A stretch of DNA of 64,000 nucleotides from Candidatus Poribacteria bacterium. GTDB lineage: Bacteria; Poribacteria; WGA-4E; WGA-3G. The notes beneath the pieces are model-generated. The model did not search any database. It was not told where the DNA came from and was given only the letters and a program-made list of their open reading frames with translations. How positions within the stretch are numbered: the stretch's first letter is position 1; each line of letters opens with the position of its first letter. This document shows positions 30,919 through 41,029 of the stretch, piece after piece. Made by a program: the position numbers and the translations under genes. The DNA is taken from positions 640,001-704,000 of the forward strand of contig OZ243938.1 in assembly GCA_965214095.1 (NCBI GenBank), given 5' to 3'.

Positions 30919-33627
30919 CTATTCCGATGGCAATTCTGCCAAAATCTGATCCCGCACTTTTTGTCGATCCACAACGGGTTGCACATAAAAGCGATCGATC
31001 GCTTGTCCTCCCAAACCAGAACATTTACACATCTCAACGTTCAACTCCAATTTCGTCAGTATTCCACTAAAATAGTGGAGAAAACCGACCTTCTCTTCAC
31101 CTGTTACGACGATTTCTGTGTAATTCCTTGCTGATTCTACCGCAACATCATAAACCTTCCATGTGTCACTTAGGTTGACATACCGTTTCTCAAAAATCTC
31201 CTCAAGTGTGACCTCACCAGACATCAAGCTACGTATATCAAAATCTAAATCACGTTTCAGTTCTTCGTCAAGTGGGAGTGGTTCTGAAGATTGCTGTGCT
31301 GACTGATGCACAAGCCGATATATTTCCAACTCCAAGTTTGAATCCTGTTTGGTGTAGACGCGCGCATCACGCACATCTATGTTATTCGCAAAGAATAATC
31401 CACTGACCGTATGCAGTTTTCCGATACGACTATGACCACAAAGATGTAATTCCGTAAAACCTGGTTTATCTACAAACTGCAAACTCACCGCACCAGAAGT
31501 AGAATCGTTGTTCTCTGTGGTTGTTGCTTCTGCTTGAGTCATCATTTTCATGTGGATTGATATCTCTTCAGGGGCAACACCGATACGATAGGTGACAGGC
31601 ATCTGTTGAAGGAAATGCTGGAATTCTTCTGGGGGTGAGTATGTTCCCCATTGTGATTCTTCCGGTCCTACGAATCGCACACGAACAACTTCATATAATC
31701 GTTTGAGATTGTGCTTTACAAGATTGCTAAAGTTCTGTGCACCGTTCGCCATTGAATCACAATATGTCAACAGATAGAGTGCGGTTAGTCGTTCTAACGA
31801 ATTAACCTTCTCACAAAACTCCGTAATCGTCGGTTCATCCCATTGGTGATACCGTGCTAATGTGATCATTCTGAGATGCTCTCGTATCAGAAAGCAGATA
31901 TCCTCTGTCTGTTGAGAATTAAATCCAAATTCTGGTGCAATACGTTTCGCTTTTTCCGCGCCAGTTTCTGGGTGAGCAGGATCCGGTTTATCAATATCAT
32001 GCAGGAAAAGAGCCATATAGAGCGAGGCAGTATCTGACAATGAACGAAACGCAGTATTCAACTCCTCTAACTCAGAGTTAGGAGATAGAGACATCTGTTG
32101 ACCGATGCGTGGACCACCGAAAGGACTACTGGGTTCTGTCCGACGTATCTCATCAAGATGTCCAATAGCAGTCAGTGTGTGTTTTCCTACGGTATATGGG
32201 TCAAGACTCCGTTCACTTCGAGTCATCATTGCCTTTTCAAATCGTTCTCCACCTTCTCCGAGTCGAGACAATATCCCAAGTCTATGTAGCCGCGTTAAAC
32301 TCTTTTCAACATTGCCGGGGGTATTGATGAGTTCTGCCATTCTCGGTCTAAAGCGATCCCAATCAAACGCATCAACATACGCAAAGATAAAGGTCGCAAG
32401 TGACGGATCAATCTCAAAATCGTATTGCTGGAAATAGGTGAATAGTCTATAGAGTTCGTCTGTATCCAGTTCTCCGAAGTTATTATCAATGCAATACAAC
32501 ACATCCGTTCTAACACCAAGCACATCCGAAACTGGTATGCCATTCGCAAGAAACTTACGTATCAATAATTCTGCTTTAAAGTGTAGATACTTTGCTTTGG
32601 CGTAGTAATCTGACATGAAGTCATAACGACCTTCCTCCGATTCATCAGAATAACCGAGCGCACAAGCAATCTGTGATTGGAGTGTATCTTCCTGTTCCGG
32701 ATGGAAAGAGAGTGCGTCATGTGGGGCATCTGCCAATACATGTAATAAATTCCGCACTTTGAACATAAAATCAAGAGCCGGTTTCAGCTGTTCGTCATCA
32801 AATCTCTCATATAGTTCAAGGACTGATGTAAAATTCGGTAGACCGCACATCCATAACGCATACTGAAGTGTTCGCAACCCACCGCGTCCCGTTTTTATGT
32901 CGGGTTGATTGAGATAAATCGTGTCTTCAGTGGTATTGAAAGAATCTGCTCTTGATTGAAGTAGGTCAAGGACAAGTGAAATGTCTGATTTATCGGATTG
33001 AACTGCTTTACGGAACTTTTCTGTCAATGTAGAATCGCCTGCAATAAATCGCATATCAATCAAAGCGGTCATATCCATAAAGTTCCATTTTGCTATGTCT
33101 GCCATCGGACGATAGATAAAACTAAATTCAAAACCGGGAATCACCGTATGCAAACTATCAAAAAAGTCGTAGAACCATCTGACAAGTTCCAGTGTGCCTT
33201 CGTCGTAGACATCCTCAAGGTCAACGGAAGATGTATAGACGACATCCACATCTGAAAAATAGCACAACTCATGCCTGCCGTAGCTTCCGACTCCATATAG
33301 TGCAACATCGGGAGTCCAATCTTCTGGCACTTCGTCCATAAAATCACTATAGTCAATACCCGGTATCTTCAGCAGTTCTTCTATCTGCTTGGAGTATTCT
33401 GTCTTGATTTGATAGGTAGCGACTTCATATACCTTTTGGATGATTGCGTCCCATATCTGCGTGTGGGTAGTACACGCAGAGAAACCACTCTCTCCAGCTA
33501 ATATATCTGATTTGAGTAGTTCACGCTCGGATTTGATGAATGCTCCCAACTGCTCTTGCAAGACTTGTTGAGAGATGTTAAGATTCGGAATATATTGTGT
33601 GAGTCGGTTTTCTATCTGTATTGACAT
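30919..33627 (-). CDS. glnD: [Protein-PII] uridylyltransferase
   Basis: GSYGR..SDVD nucleotidyltransferase; PDIKTGRGGLR; YTVGKHT..LHDI HD domain; C-terminal ACT-like regions. Confidence 0.85.
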   Translation of the reverse strand: MSIQIENRLTQYIPNLNISQQVLQEQLGAFIKSERELLKSDILAGESGFSACTTHTQIWDAIIQKVYEVATYQIKTEYSKQIEELLKIPGIDYSDFMDEVPEDWTPDVALYGVGSYGRHELCYFSDVDVVYTSSVDLEDVYDEGTLELVRWFYDFFDSLHTVIPGFEFSFIYRPMADIAKWNFMDMTALIDMRFIAGDSTLTEKFRKAVQSDKSDISLVLDLLQSRADSFNTTEDTIYLNQPDIKTGRGGLRTLQYALWMCGLPNFTSVLELYERFDDEQLKPALDFMFKVRNLLHVLADAPHDALSFHPEQEDTLQSQIACALGYSDESEEGRYDFMSDYYAKAKYLHFKAELLIRKFLANGIPVSDVLGVRTDVLYCIDNNFGELDTDELYRLFTYFQQYDFEIDPSLATFIFAYVDAFDWDRFRPRMAELINTPGNVEKSLTRLHRLGILSRLGEGGERFEKAMMTRSERSLDPYTVGKHTLTAIGHLDEIRRTEPSSPFGGPRIGQQMSLSPNSELEELNTAFRSLSDTASLYMALFLHDIDKPDPAHPETGAEKAKRIAPEFGFNSQQTEDICFLIREHLRMITLARYHQWDEPTITEFCEKVNSLERLTALYLLTYCDSMANGAQNFSNLVKHNLKRLYEVVRVRFVGPEESQWGTYSPPEEFQHFLQQMPVTYRIGVAPEEISIHMKMMTQAEATTTENNDSTSGAVSLQFVDKPGFTELHLCGHSRIGKLHTVSGLFFANNIDVRDARVYTKQDSNLELEIYRLVHQSAQQSSEPLPLDEELKRDLDFDIRSLMSGEVTLEEIFEKRYVNLSDTWKVYDVAVESARNYTEIVVTGEEKVGFLHYFSGILTKLELNVEMCKCSGLGGQAIDRFYVQPVVDRQKVRDQILAELPSE

Positions 33628-33743
33628 GGGTTTTAGGTTATTCTTGGTTGAGAATTAGTCCTTGATTTTTGGTGAGGTATTACTGTTGCTTTTTGTTCAT
33701 TATACACTGATGGTTTATTTTAAACAAGAGATTATGTGGAATT

Positions 33744-34230
33744 CAGGGGTATTTAGTTTTAAGGATTCATAATCATTGAGGTTAACTTTACATTTGTAAA
33801 ATAAAACCGAAGATATTACCACCACGCATTTGCATGGCTTCTGATTTGGACACGCGTGTCCAGCCGATTTCGTTAGCATATTTGGGTAGTGGTTCTTCAA
33901 CTGCGGACCGTTCAGACAAAATCGTTTCCAAATGTCAATTAGAGTGATATAGTGTTGATACTTTTAGGCAATTGGTAATTTTTTCTGTACACGAATCCTG
34001 TCTATGACTGGGTTTTCCCGATCAAAAAATTACCAATTTTACCAATTAGTAATTTAACGTAAATTGAGTAAATATTGGATATTTATAGTGAACATTGAAA
34101 ATAATAGGACAAAGTCTCTGTAAGAGCGATCTCCGAATCGCGAGTTAACTCAGTGATACTCGGGAATCGGAGTTCCCTCCTACATCTCAAAATGTCCCAT
34201 TAATTCAAGAGTTTACTATAAATAACCCTA
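33744..34230. mobile_element. Composite CAGGG-type MITE with nested elements
   Basis: CAGGGGTATTTAG...TAAATAACCCTA with 9-bp direct repeat TGTGGAATT (33735-33743, 34231-34239); nested TA-flanked MITE 34086-34218 and inverted repeat 33970-34038. Confidence 0.8.
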
Positions 34231-34252
34231 TGTGGAATTTGGAAAATCGGTA

Positions 34253-34281
34253 TTGATAATTTGATTGGATTGTGGTATAAT
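34253..34281 (+). promoter_or_regulatory. sigma70 promoter giving a probably leaderless transcript of the DUF4007 gene
   Basis: TTGATA-17 bp-TATAAT with TG extension; ATG 34288 lies 6 nt downstream; no RBS. Confidence 0.65.
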
Positions 34282-34287
34282 ACCTGT

Positions 34288-35219
34288 ATGGAAAATTTAC
34301 TTGCTGAAACTTCTTCAAGACCATATTTGGTCAACCCATCTTTTTCTGGACACCAAACCTTTCCGTTCCGATATACGTGGCTAAAAAAGGGTGTTGATGC
34401 TGTTACTAAAGAACCTACAGTTTTCTCATCAGAGAACGCATCAGTGATTTTAGGTGTTGGGAAAAATATGGTGAGTTCCATACGGCATTGGTGTAATGTC
34501 GCGGGACTAATATATAATGATAAATCAGAAAGGAGTCGTTGTGTTCCAACAGAATTAGGTAAAGCAATTTTTGAAGAAAATGGCTTTGATCCATATCTTG
34601 ACGATCCTGCTACACTATGGTTGATTCACTGGAAAATCTCAACAAATATGAACCAAGCAACGACTTGGTATTGGGCATTTAATATACAGAAGAACAACCA
34701 ATTCATACGTGAGACATTTAGACAACAGATGTCCGAATGGGTTTTACAAAATAAAAAATCTATGCGATCTGCTTCCAAAAACACACTTGATCGTGATGTA
34801 AATTGCTTTATCAGAACATACTGCCACTCACGACAAACTACTGCTGTCATGGAAGAGTCCTTTGATTGTCCACTTGTTGAACTCAATCTTATCTCCGAAC
34901 TACCTGATGGTGAAGGATATGAATTCCAACGTGGCGAAAAAGTAACATTGCCAATTGAGGTCTTCTCGGCAAAACTTGTTGCATTTTGGGTCAATCGTTT
35001 CTCTGAAAGGGATTCTCTCACATTTACAGAAATTTTGACTGCTCCTTTGAGTCCCAGACGTATTACAGATTAGATGAAAATACACCGCCCCAATATCTTG
35101 AAAAACTCGAAGAACTGACAGAAGGTGCAATGCGATACGATGAAACTACAGACTTAAAGCAAGTTTACAGACATAGAGATGTAGATCCGATGCATCTATT
35201 AAAGAGGTATTATGGCTAA
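34288..35219 (+). pseudogene. DUF4007 (SspB-like) protein, frameshifted near 35065
   Basis: FSGHQTFPFRYTWLKKG, LGVGKNMVSSIRHW, DPYLDDPATLWLIHW. After SPRRI the family-like tail (RLDENT..YLEKLE..YDETTDLKQVYR..LKRYYG*) continues in another frame to TAA 35219, overlapping the next ATG. Confidence 0.85.
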
Positions 35220-38200
35220 CGTTCCATTGTCTGATTTATTTCATGTAAAGGGTCGTTTTCGTAGATCTGTACATCTTGAACGCGACTTCTATAGAGAAAA
35301 TGCTATAGATGGTTATGTCCTTACTGCTACAGCACGCGAGATGTTATCACGTGTAATTTCAACGCTTGAGAATGGGTCGACCTCTAAAGCATGGTCACTT
35401 ACTGGTCCCTACGGGTCAGGCAAATCAGCCTTTGCACTATTTGCTGCCAAATTATTAGGAAATTCAAATTCACCTACAGCACAACAGGCTTTAGAACTAT
35501 TGGAACGTGGTGATACTTCACTATATGAGCGATTTAAAAACTCAAACGGTAATGGCAATCAGTCAGATTCTGGATTCTGTCCCGTTCTCATTTCGGGTGA
35601 ACGTGCACCACTCTCGCTTGCTTTATTACGCAGTTTGGATCGTGGACTTTTAAATTCCAACGGAACATATATATCTATTTCACTACAGCAGGAACTTAAA
35701 GAACTGTTGGAAGCGGCAAGTAAAGATTCCCTGCCGACTGCTTCCGATGTAACACATCTATATGAATCTGCAACCCAGCAAATTTGTGATTCTGGTGGAT
35801 CTGGTTTGTTACTCATAATCGATGAACTCGGTAAATTTCTTGAATTCGCGGCACAAAATCCATCACAAGGGGATATGTTTATCCTTCAGAGTCTCGCTGA
35901 ATTGGCAGACCGAAGTCAACAAACACCGTTGTTTCTAATGACTATCCTCCATCAAGCTTTTGAGGCTTATGCATTGCGAACAGAACAATCGCAACGAGAG
36001 GAATGGACAAAGGTTCAGGGAAGATTTGAAGACGTAGTTTTCACAGAACCCACTGAACAAGTGCTTCGCTTAGTTGGTGCAGCACTTGAAAAACCATCAG
36101 ATATAGTTTCTAAAGAAGATCTCAGTACTGCAACCGAATTAGGATTAATTCCACAACAACTAAATGAAAACGAATTTTCACATCTCTTACAAGAGTGTCT
36201 ACCTCTGCACCCTACAGTAGCATTACTCATTGGTCCTCTATTCAAAAGATTTGCGCAGAATGAACGTTCGCTCTTTGCTTTTCTCAATTCCAGTGAACCT
36301 TATGGATTACAAGATTTCCTAACCCAACAAGATTATGACGGTTCCATACTTCCGAAGTATACAATTGCAGACCTATACGATTATCTTGACGCAACACAAG
36401 GGAACGAACTCTTCACTTCAAGTAATGGAAAAAAGTGGGCAGAAATTGAATCGGCATTAATGCAAATACAAAACCCATCTGAACTGACAGTCAAATTGAT
36501 CAAAACGATAGGACTGCTCGGTATCGTCCGTGAATCCGTTCCAAATCTGAAAGCATCAGAAGAACTACTCCGATATGCATTATTCAATGGAGAAGAAGGA
36601 TTTGACAGTGAATATTCTAATACACTTACAACTTTAAAGAATCGTTCAATAGTTACCTATCGAAGACACAACGATGTTTATGTCTTATGGGAAGGAAGCA
36701 ACGTTGACATAGAGGAAAGACTCCGTGAAGCAGAAACACACGTTGACACAAGAGCAGCACTTGTTTCGGATTTATCACGCTACATGCCAACCCGTCCACT
36801 TGTCGCAAGACGACACCTATATCAGACTGGCACGCTACGATATTTCTCAATTCGCTACACTGATCTTGATAACTTTGATACTGACCTTAATGAACCACTC
36901 GGTGATGCAGATGGACTTATTCTATATGCTTTACCAGCAGATGACTTTGAGGTAAAGCAACTCATAGAAAAAACAACAGACGATGACATTGCAGAACGCA
37001 AAGAAGTTCTAATTGCTATTCCACATTCCATTGGTTTCCTTAACAATGCTGTAACACAACTTGCATATTTACACTGGGTTTCAGAAAACACACCCGAACT
37101 CAACGGTGATGCTGTAGCAAGACGTGAACTTGAAAAACGACTTGAAATAGTTGAACGTGAAGTGTCTGAAAGTTTGTCAGCAATATATGGCGTTGACAAC
37201 AAAGAAGCATGTGTTTGGTATCATCAAGGACAATCAACAGACATTGATTCTGAACGCGCAAGAAATGAATACCTTTCAAGAATTTGTGATAATGTATTTT
37301 CCGAAACACCGTTTATACGAAATGAACTAATCAACCGTCGCAAAATCTCTGGTGCTGTAACCTCTGCACGCAGAAAATTAATTCAAGCAATGCTTGAAAA
37401 TGGAGACAAAGAAAATCTCGGTATTTCTGGATACCCGCCTGAAATGAGTATCTACCGTTCTCTCTTATGGGATACGGGTATTCATCGTATGGAATCAGGT
37501 GTTTGGGGATTCCACCCACCAAAATCGCATGATCAAAACAGAATAGAACACACTTGGCATGCATTTGAGTCGTTTCTTAACAAATGTGAAGAGTCAAGAC
37601 AACCTGTAGAGAATCTGTATAACCATCTTAGCTTTCCACCACTTGGAGTCCGAAAGGGTCCACTTCCAATTCTGTTATGTGCAGTAATTCTCCACTACAG
37701 AACTGAAATCGCACTCTATGAAAATGGATCTTTTGTTGCTGATCTCTCAATGCCTCTCTTTGAACGATTGTTAAAAGCACCAGAGAACTTTGAACTGAAA
37801 CGTTTTCGGTTAACTGGTATACGTACAGAGTTGTTTTCACAATTCTTAGAATTGCTCAATCAACCTATATATTCAGAAGACGCTGATCTTTTGACAATCG
37901 TTGCACCACTGATGCGATTCATTGCACAACTCCCAAACTACACACAGAAAACACAAGAAATAAGTCCGGAAGCAAAAAATCTTCGAGAAGTAGTGAGCAA
38001 AGCAAGTGAGCCTGACGAACTACTTTTTAAGCAGCTGCCTGAAGCACTCGGATATTCAGTTTTTTCTGCGGAATCAACAGACACAAAGAAACTTACAGAT
38101 TTTTTCAACACACTACAAAATGCACTTTCCGAATTAGGTGGGGCGTATGACAGACTACTCAATTCACTTGAAAGGATGCTTGCAGATGCATTCATGTTAG

Positions 38201-38694
38201 AGGTCTCAAAAGACGATCTCCGAAATGAATTGACAGAAAGGGCGGAACCTCTATTAGAGATCACAGTAGAAGCACAACTCAAAGGATTCTTAATCAATCT
38301 ATGCAACGAGGGGCATGATTTTACAGGTTGGGTCGAGGCACTTGGAACATTCCTTACCAAAAAACCGCCTGCCTCATGGGTAGACACCGACACAGTACAA
38401 TTTGAGATAAACCTTTCGCAACTTGCAAGAAAATTCCGACATTTTGAAGCCGTGTCTTATGAAAAACTACAACACGATGAATCTGATACAGAAACAATAC
38501 GTATAGGAATCACAACACCTAACGAAAACGAACAGGAACGTGTTGTAAAACTAACTGATGAGCAACAAGCTAAACAAATAGAACACGCAATTATTGAAGT
38601 ATTTGAGAAATATGATTTGGATGAAAAATCTGAACTTCGTCTGGCAGTTTTGGCACGAATTACAAAAAACCTGATACGTGAATCTGATGAATAA
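35212..38694 (+). CDS. Large P-loop ATPase (SspC/BrxC-like)
   Basis: RFRRSVHLERD, Walker A GPYGSGKS, Walker B LLIIDELGK, EWTKVQGRF, PLHP, QNERSLF motifs. Confidence 0.85.
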   Translation: MANVPLSDLFHVKGRFRRSVHLERDFYRENAIDGYVLTATAREMLSRVISTLENGSTSKAWSLTGPYGSGKSAFALFAAKLLGNSNSPTAQQALELLERGDTSLYERFKNSNGNGNQSDSGFCPVLISGERAPLSLALLRSLDRGLLNSNGTYISISLQQELKELLEAASKDSLPTASDVTHLYESATQQICDSGGSGLLLIIDELGKFLEFAAQNPSQGDMFILQSLAELADRSQQTPLFLMTILHQAFEAYALRTEQSQREEWTKVQGRFEDVVFTEPTEQVLRLVGAALEKPSDIVSKEDLSTATELGLIPQQLNENEFSHLLQECLPLHPTVALLIGPLFKRFAQNERSLFAFLNSSEPYGLQDFLTQQDYDGSILPKYTIADLYDYLDATQGNELFTSSNGKKWAEIESALMQIQNPSELTVKLIKTIGLLGIVRESVPNLKASEELLRYALFNGEEGFDSEYSNTLTTLKNRSIVTYRRHNDVYVLWEGSNVDIEERLREAETHVDTRAALVSDLSRYMPTRPLVARRHLYQTGTLRYFSIRYTDLDNFDTDLNEPLGDADGLILYALPADDFEVKQLIEKTTDDDIAERKEVLIAIPHSIGFLNNAVTQLAYLHWVSENTPELNGDAVARRELEKRLEIVEREVSESLSAIYGVDNKEACVWYHQGQSTDIDSERARNEYLSRICDNVFSETPFIRNELINRRKISGAVTSARRKLIQAMLENGDKENLGISGYPPEMSIYRSLLWDTGIHRMESGVWGFHPPKSHDQNRIEHTWHAFESFLNKCEESRQPVENLYNHLSFPPLGVRKGPLPILLCAVILHYRTEIALYENGSFVADLSMPLFERLLKAPENFELKRFRLTGIRTELFSQFLELLNQPIYSEDADLLTIVAPLMRFIAQLPNYTQKTQEISPEAKNLREVVSKASEPDELLFKQLPEALGYSVFSAESTDTKKLTDFFNTLQNALSELGGAYDRLLNSLERMLADAFMLEVSKDDLRNELTERAEPLLEITVEAQLKGFLINLCNEGHDFTGWVEALGTFLTKKPPASWVDTDTVQFEINLSQLARKFRHFEAVSYEKLQHDESDTETIRIGITTPNENEQERVVKLTDEQQAKQIEHAIIEVFEKYDLDEKSELRLAVLARITKNLIRESDE

Positions 38695-38731
38695 TTATAT
38701 TGATTTTTTCTGGCACTTATAATATAATCTA

Positions 38732-38998
38732 TAGTTAGGACAATTTCTCTTGGTTACATACTGATATTGCTAGCATTTGCAATATATTGTAAGTTTTGGA
38801 TAGGATAGGACTTTGATGAAAAAGTGTGAAAACATCAAAATGAGCAGCCCCAGCGGGGCGGAATGTGTATAGAAAAATGTCCCCGACCAATGCAAGCCCC
38901 AGCGGGGCGACAGGTGTATCATTGAAGAAATAGGTCCGATGACTGTGATGCTCCTTGTCCAGAGCAATGTTCACGTCCTCAAAAAATTGTCCAAACTA
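38732..38998. mobile_element. TA-flanked MITE with two GCCCCAGCGGGGCG hairpins
   Basis: TA|TAGTTAGGACAATTT...AAATTGTCCAAACTA|TA; related partial copy at 50764-50957. Confidence 0.8.
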
Positions 38999-39251
38999 TA
39001 GTAATATAATGCATTGTATGAATAAAGCAGTCCTACAGGACGATCTTTTACCCGAATATGATTTATGAAAGTTACGGGACCGAGGGACAGGTCCTGGACA
39101 CAAATCCTTGCTGGTAAACCTATTGTCCAATTAGAACCTGACGTTGCATGGGTTTTTCCAATGTTGTAGTTGTGAATGAAGCACTACTATTTCTGATTCA
39201 CATTACAAGAAAAACAACGTTGGAGATTAATCGGGGTTATTGGGGAGCAAC

Positions 39252-40070
39252 ATGTCACAGAAAATTAGACATCTACTCGGTCTATCGGGTGGAAAAGACA
39301 GTTCTGCACTTGCTGTCTACATGCGAGACAGAGTGCCAGAGATGGAATACTTCTTCACTGATACCGGTAAAGAACTGCCAGAGACTTACGATTTTTTAGA
39401 CCGACTTGAAGCATTCCTCGGCAAACCGATTGCGCGTCTCAACGTTGAACGTGATTTTGATCATTGGTTGACACTTCACGGTGGATTATTGCCATCCTCT
39501 CAAGTCCGTTGGTGCACTATCAAACTCAAAATCAAACCTTTTGAGGAATATGTCGGCGAAGATATGGTGTATCATTACATCGGTATTCGTGCTGACGAAG
39601 ATCGTGTCGGATACAAACCACCTAAGATAAGTTCCCTTCAAAACATTTTCCCCAAATATCCATTTAAAGATGACGGTATTACCAAAGAGGACGTTTTCCG
39701 AATCCTTGAGGAGAGCGGACTCGGTTTGCCTGACTATTACAAATGGCGCACGCGTTCTGGTTGCTACTTCTGCTTTTTCCAACGCAAATCCGAATGGGTG
39801 GGACTCTTAGAGGAACACCCCGATCTCTTTGAACTTGCCAAGGGTTATGAGAAATTCAATACAGATACAGGTGAACGGTTTACATGGAGTCAGGGTGAAA
39901 GTTTAGAGGAGTTAACAGACCCAGAACGGATAGCACAAATTAAAGAACGCACAGAACAGGCAAAGACATCCAAGAAAAAGGAAAAACCGAATCGTCGTTT
40001 GATAGAAATTCTTACCGATGTTCACGATGATGAGGATGACGAGGAACCTTGTTTGGTTTGTCATAAGTGA
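39252..40070 (+). CDS. PAPS-reductase family protein (SspD-like)
   Basis: LSGGKDS PP-loop, RWCT, GIRADE, RSGCYFC, C-terminal CLVCH; GGAG RBS before ATG 39252. Confidence 0.88.
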   Translation: MSQKIRHLLGLSGGKDSSALAVYMRDRVPEMEYFFTDTGKELPETYDFLDRLEAFLGKPIARLNVERDFDHWLTLHGGLLPSSQVRWCTIKLKIKPFEEYVGEDMVYHYIGIRADEDRVGYKPPKISSLQNIFPKYPFKDDGITKEDVFRILEESGLGLPDYYKWRTRSGCYFCFFQRKSEWVGLLEEHPDLFELAKGYEKFNTDTGERFTWSQGESLEELTDPERIAQIKERTEQAKTSKKKEKPNRRLIEILTDVHDDEDDEEPCLVCHK

Positions 40071-41029
40071 AAATGTGGAGATTGGCAATGGATAGAGAAC
40101 AAATTCTGCAAAAATTTGAAACCTTACGACAATGGGGCAGTAGAGGTGAACGAGCACCACACAAACCCTTGTTGGTTCTCTATGCCATTGGTAAATTGCT
40201 ACGCGGTGAAGATAGACTTATTCCTTATACTGATGACATTGAGGAAAATCTCAAGAAATTGCTGAGAGAATTTGGTCCGAGGAGAAATACTTATTATTCA
40301 CATTTCCCATTTTGGAGACTGCAAAATGATGGAGTCTGGGAAGTCACCAATGCAAATAATATACGGCAAACAGCAAGTGGTGATGCTTATGTTACAGATT
40401 TAAGAGAAAACAACGTATCAGGTGGCTTCAATGAGACAATCTCTGAACAACTACAAAACGATTCTGATCTTGCAGTTGAAATAATTCATAGCCTTTTAGA
40501 TGCTCATTTTCCAACTTCAATTCACGAAGACATCCTACAGTCAGTTGGTATTGAACTTCCCTTACAAGCATTTGATACGAGAACGCGCACATCTAATTTC
40601 CGAACTAGCATTCTTAGAGCTTATGAGTATAAATGTGCTGTCTGTGGGTTTGATGTAAAATTGGGTGATTCTCCTGTAGCATTGGAAGCTGCACATATCA
40701 AATGGCAAAGGGCAGACGGCCCTGACATTGAAGTAAATGGATTGGCTCTCTGCTCGCTGCATCATAAGTTATTTGACCGTGGTGCATTCACATTGTCAAG
40801 ACAACTACAAATCTTAGTCTCTGATGATGCACATGGGACAACGGGTTTTCAGGAGTGGCTGATGGATTTTCACGGCAACACGATCAATTTTCCACAGAGA
40901 CGTTCCTACTATCCAGAGGAAGAGTTTATCGGTTGGCACGTCAAAGAGGTGTTTCAAGGACATTATCGTGAATTGAAATCAGCAGGAATTGAAAATACTC
41001 AACATCATAAGAAAAATAACCCTGACTGA
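40067..41029 (+). CDS. Sulfur-binding-domain (SBD) HNH endonuclease, ScoMcrA-related phosphorothioate-reading family
   Basis: N-terminal RAPHKPLLVL...HFPFWRLQNDGVW; C-terminal CAVCG..EAAHI..NGLALCSLHHKLFD. Confidence 0.8.
   Translation: MKMWRLAMDREQILQKFETLRQWGSRGERAPHKPLLVLYAIGKLLRGEDRLIPYTDDIEENLKKLLREFGPRRNTYYSHFPFWRLQNDGVWEVTNANNIRQTASGDAYVTDLRENNVSGGFNETISEQLQNDSDLAVEIIHSLLDAHFPTSIHEDILQSVGIELPLQAFDTRTRTSNFRTSILRAYEYKCAVCGFDVKLGDSPVALEAAHIKWQRADGPDIEVNGLALCSLHHKLFDRGAFTLSRQLQILVSDDAHGTTGFQEWLMDFHGNTINFPQRRSYYPEEEFIGWHVKEVFQGHYRELKSAGIENTQHHKKNNPD

Noticed and set aside
38735-38974. Short ORFs such as 38735-38974, 23679-23882, 33715-33900 and 50761-50955
   Set aside because: They are translations of MITE/REP sequence, with no RBS or family motifs.
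39001-39250. Possible remnant of a cysteine desulfurase or an ncRNA between the ATPase and PAPS genes
   Set aside because: No recognisable protein motif; only weak inverted repeats consistent with decayed MITEs.
34288-40070. BREX type 4 or Dnd system
   Set aside because: No PglZ/BrxL or DndD/DndE homologues are adjacent; the three-gene core fits SspBCD better.
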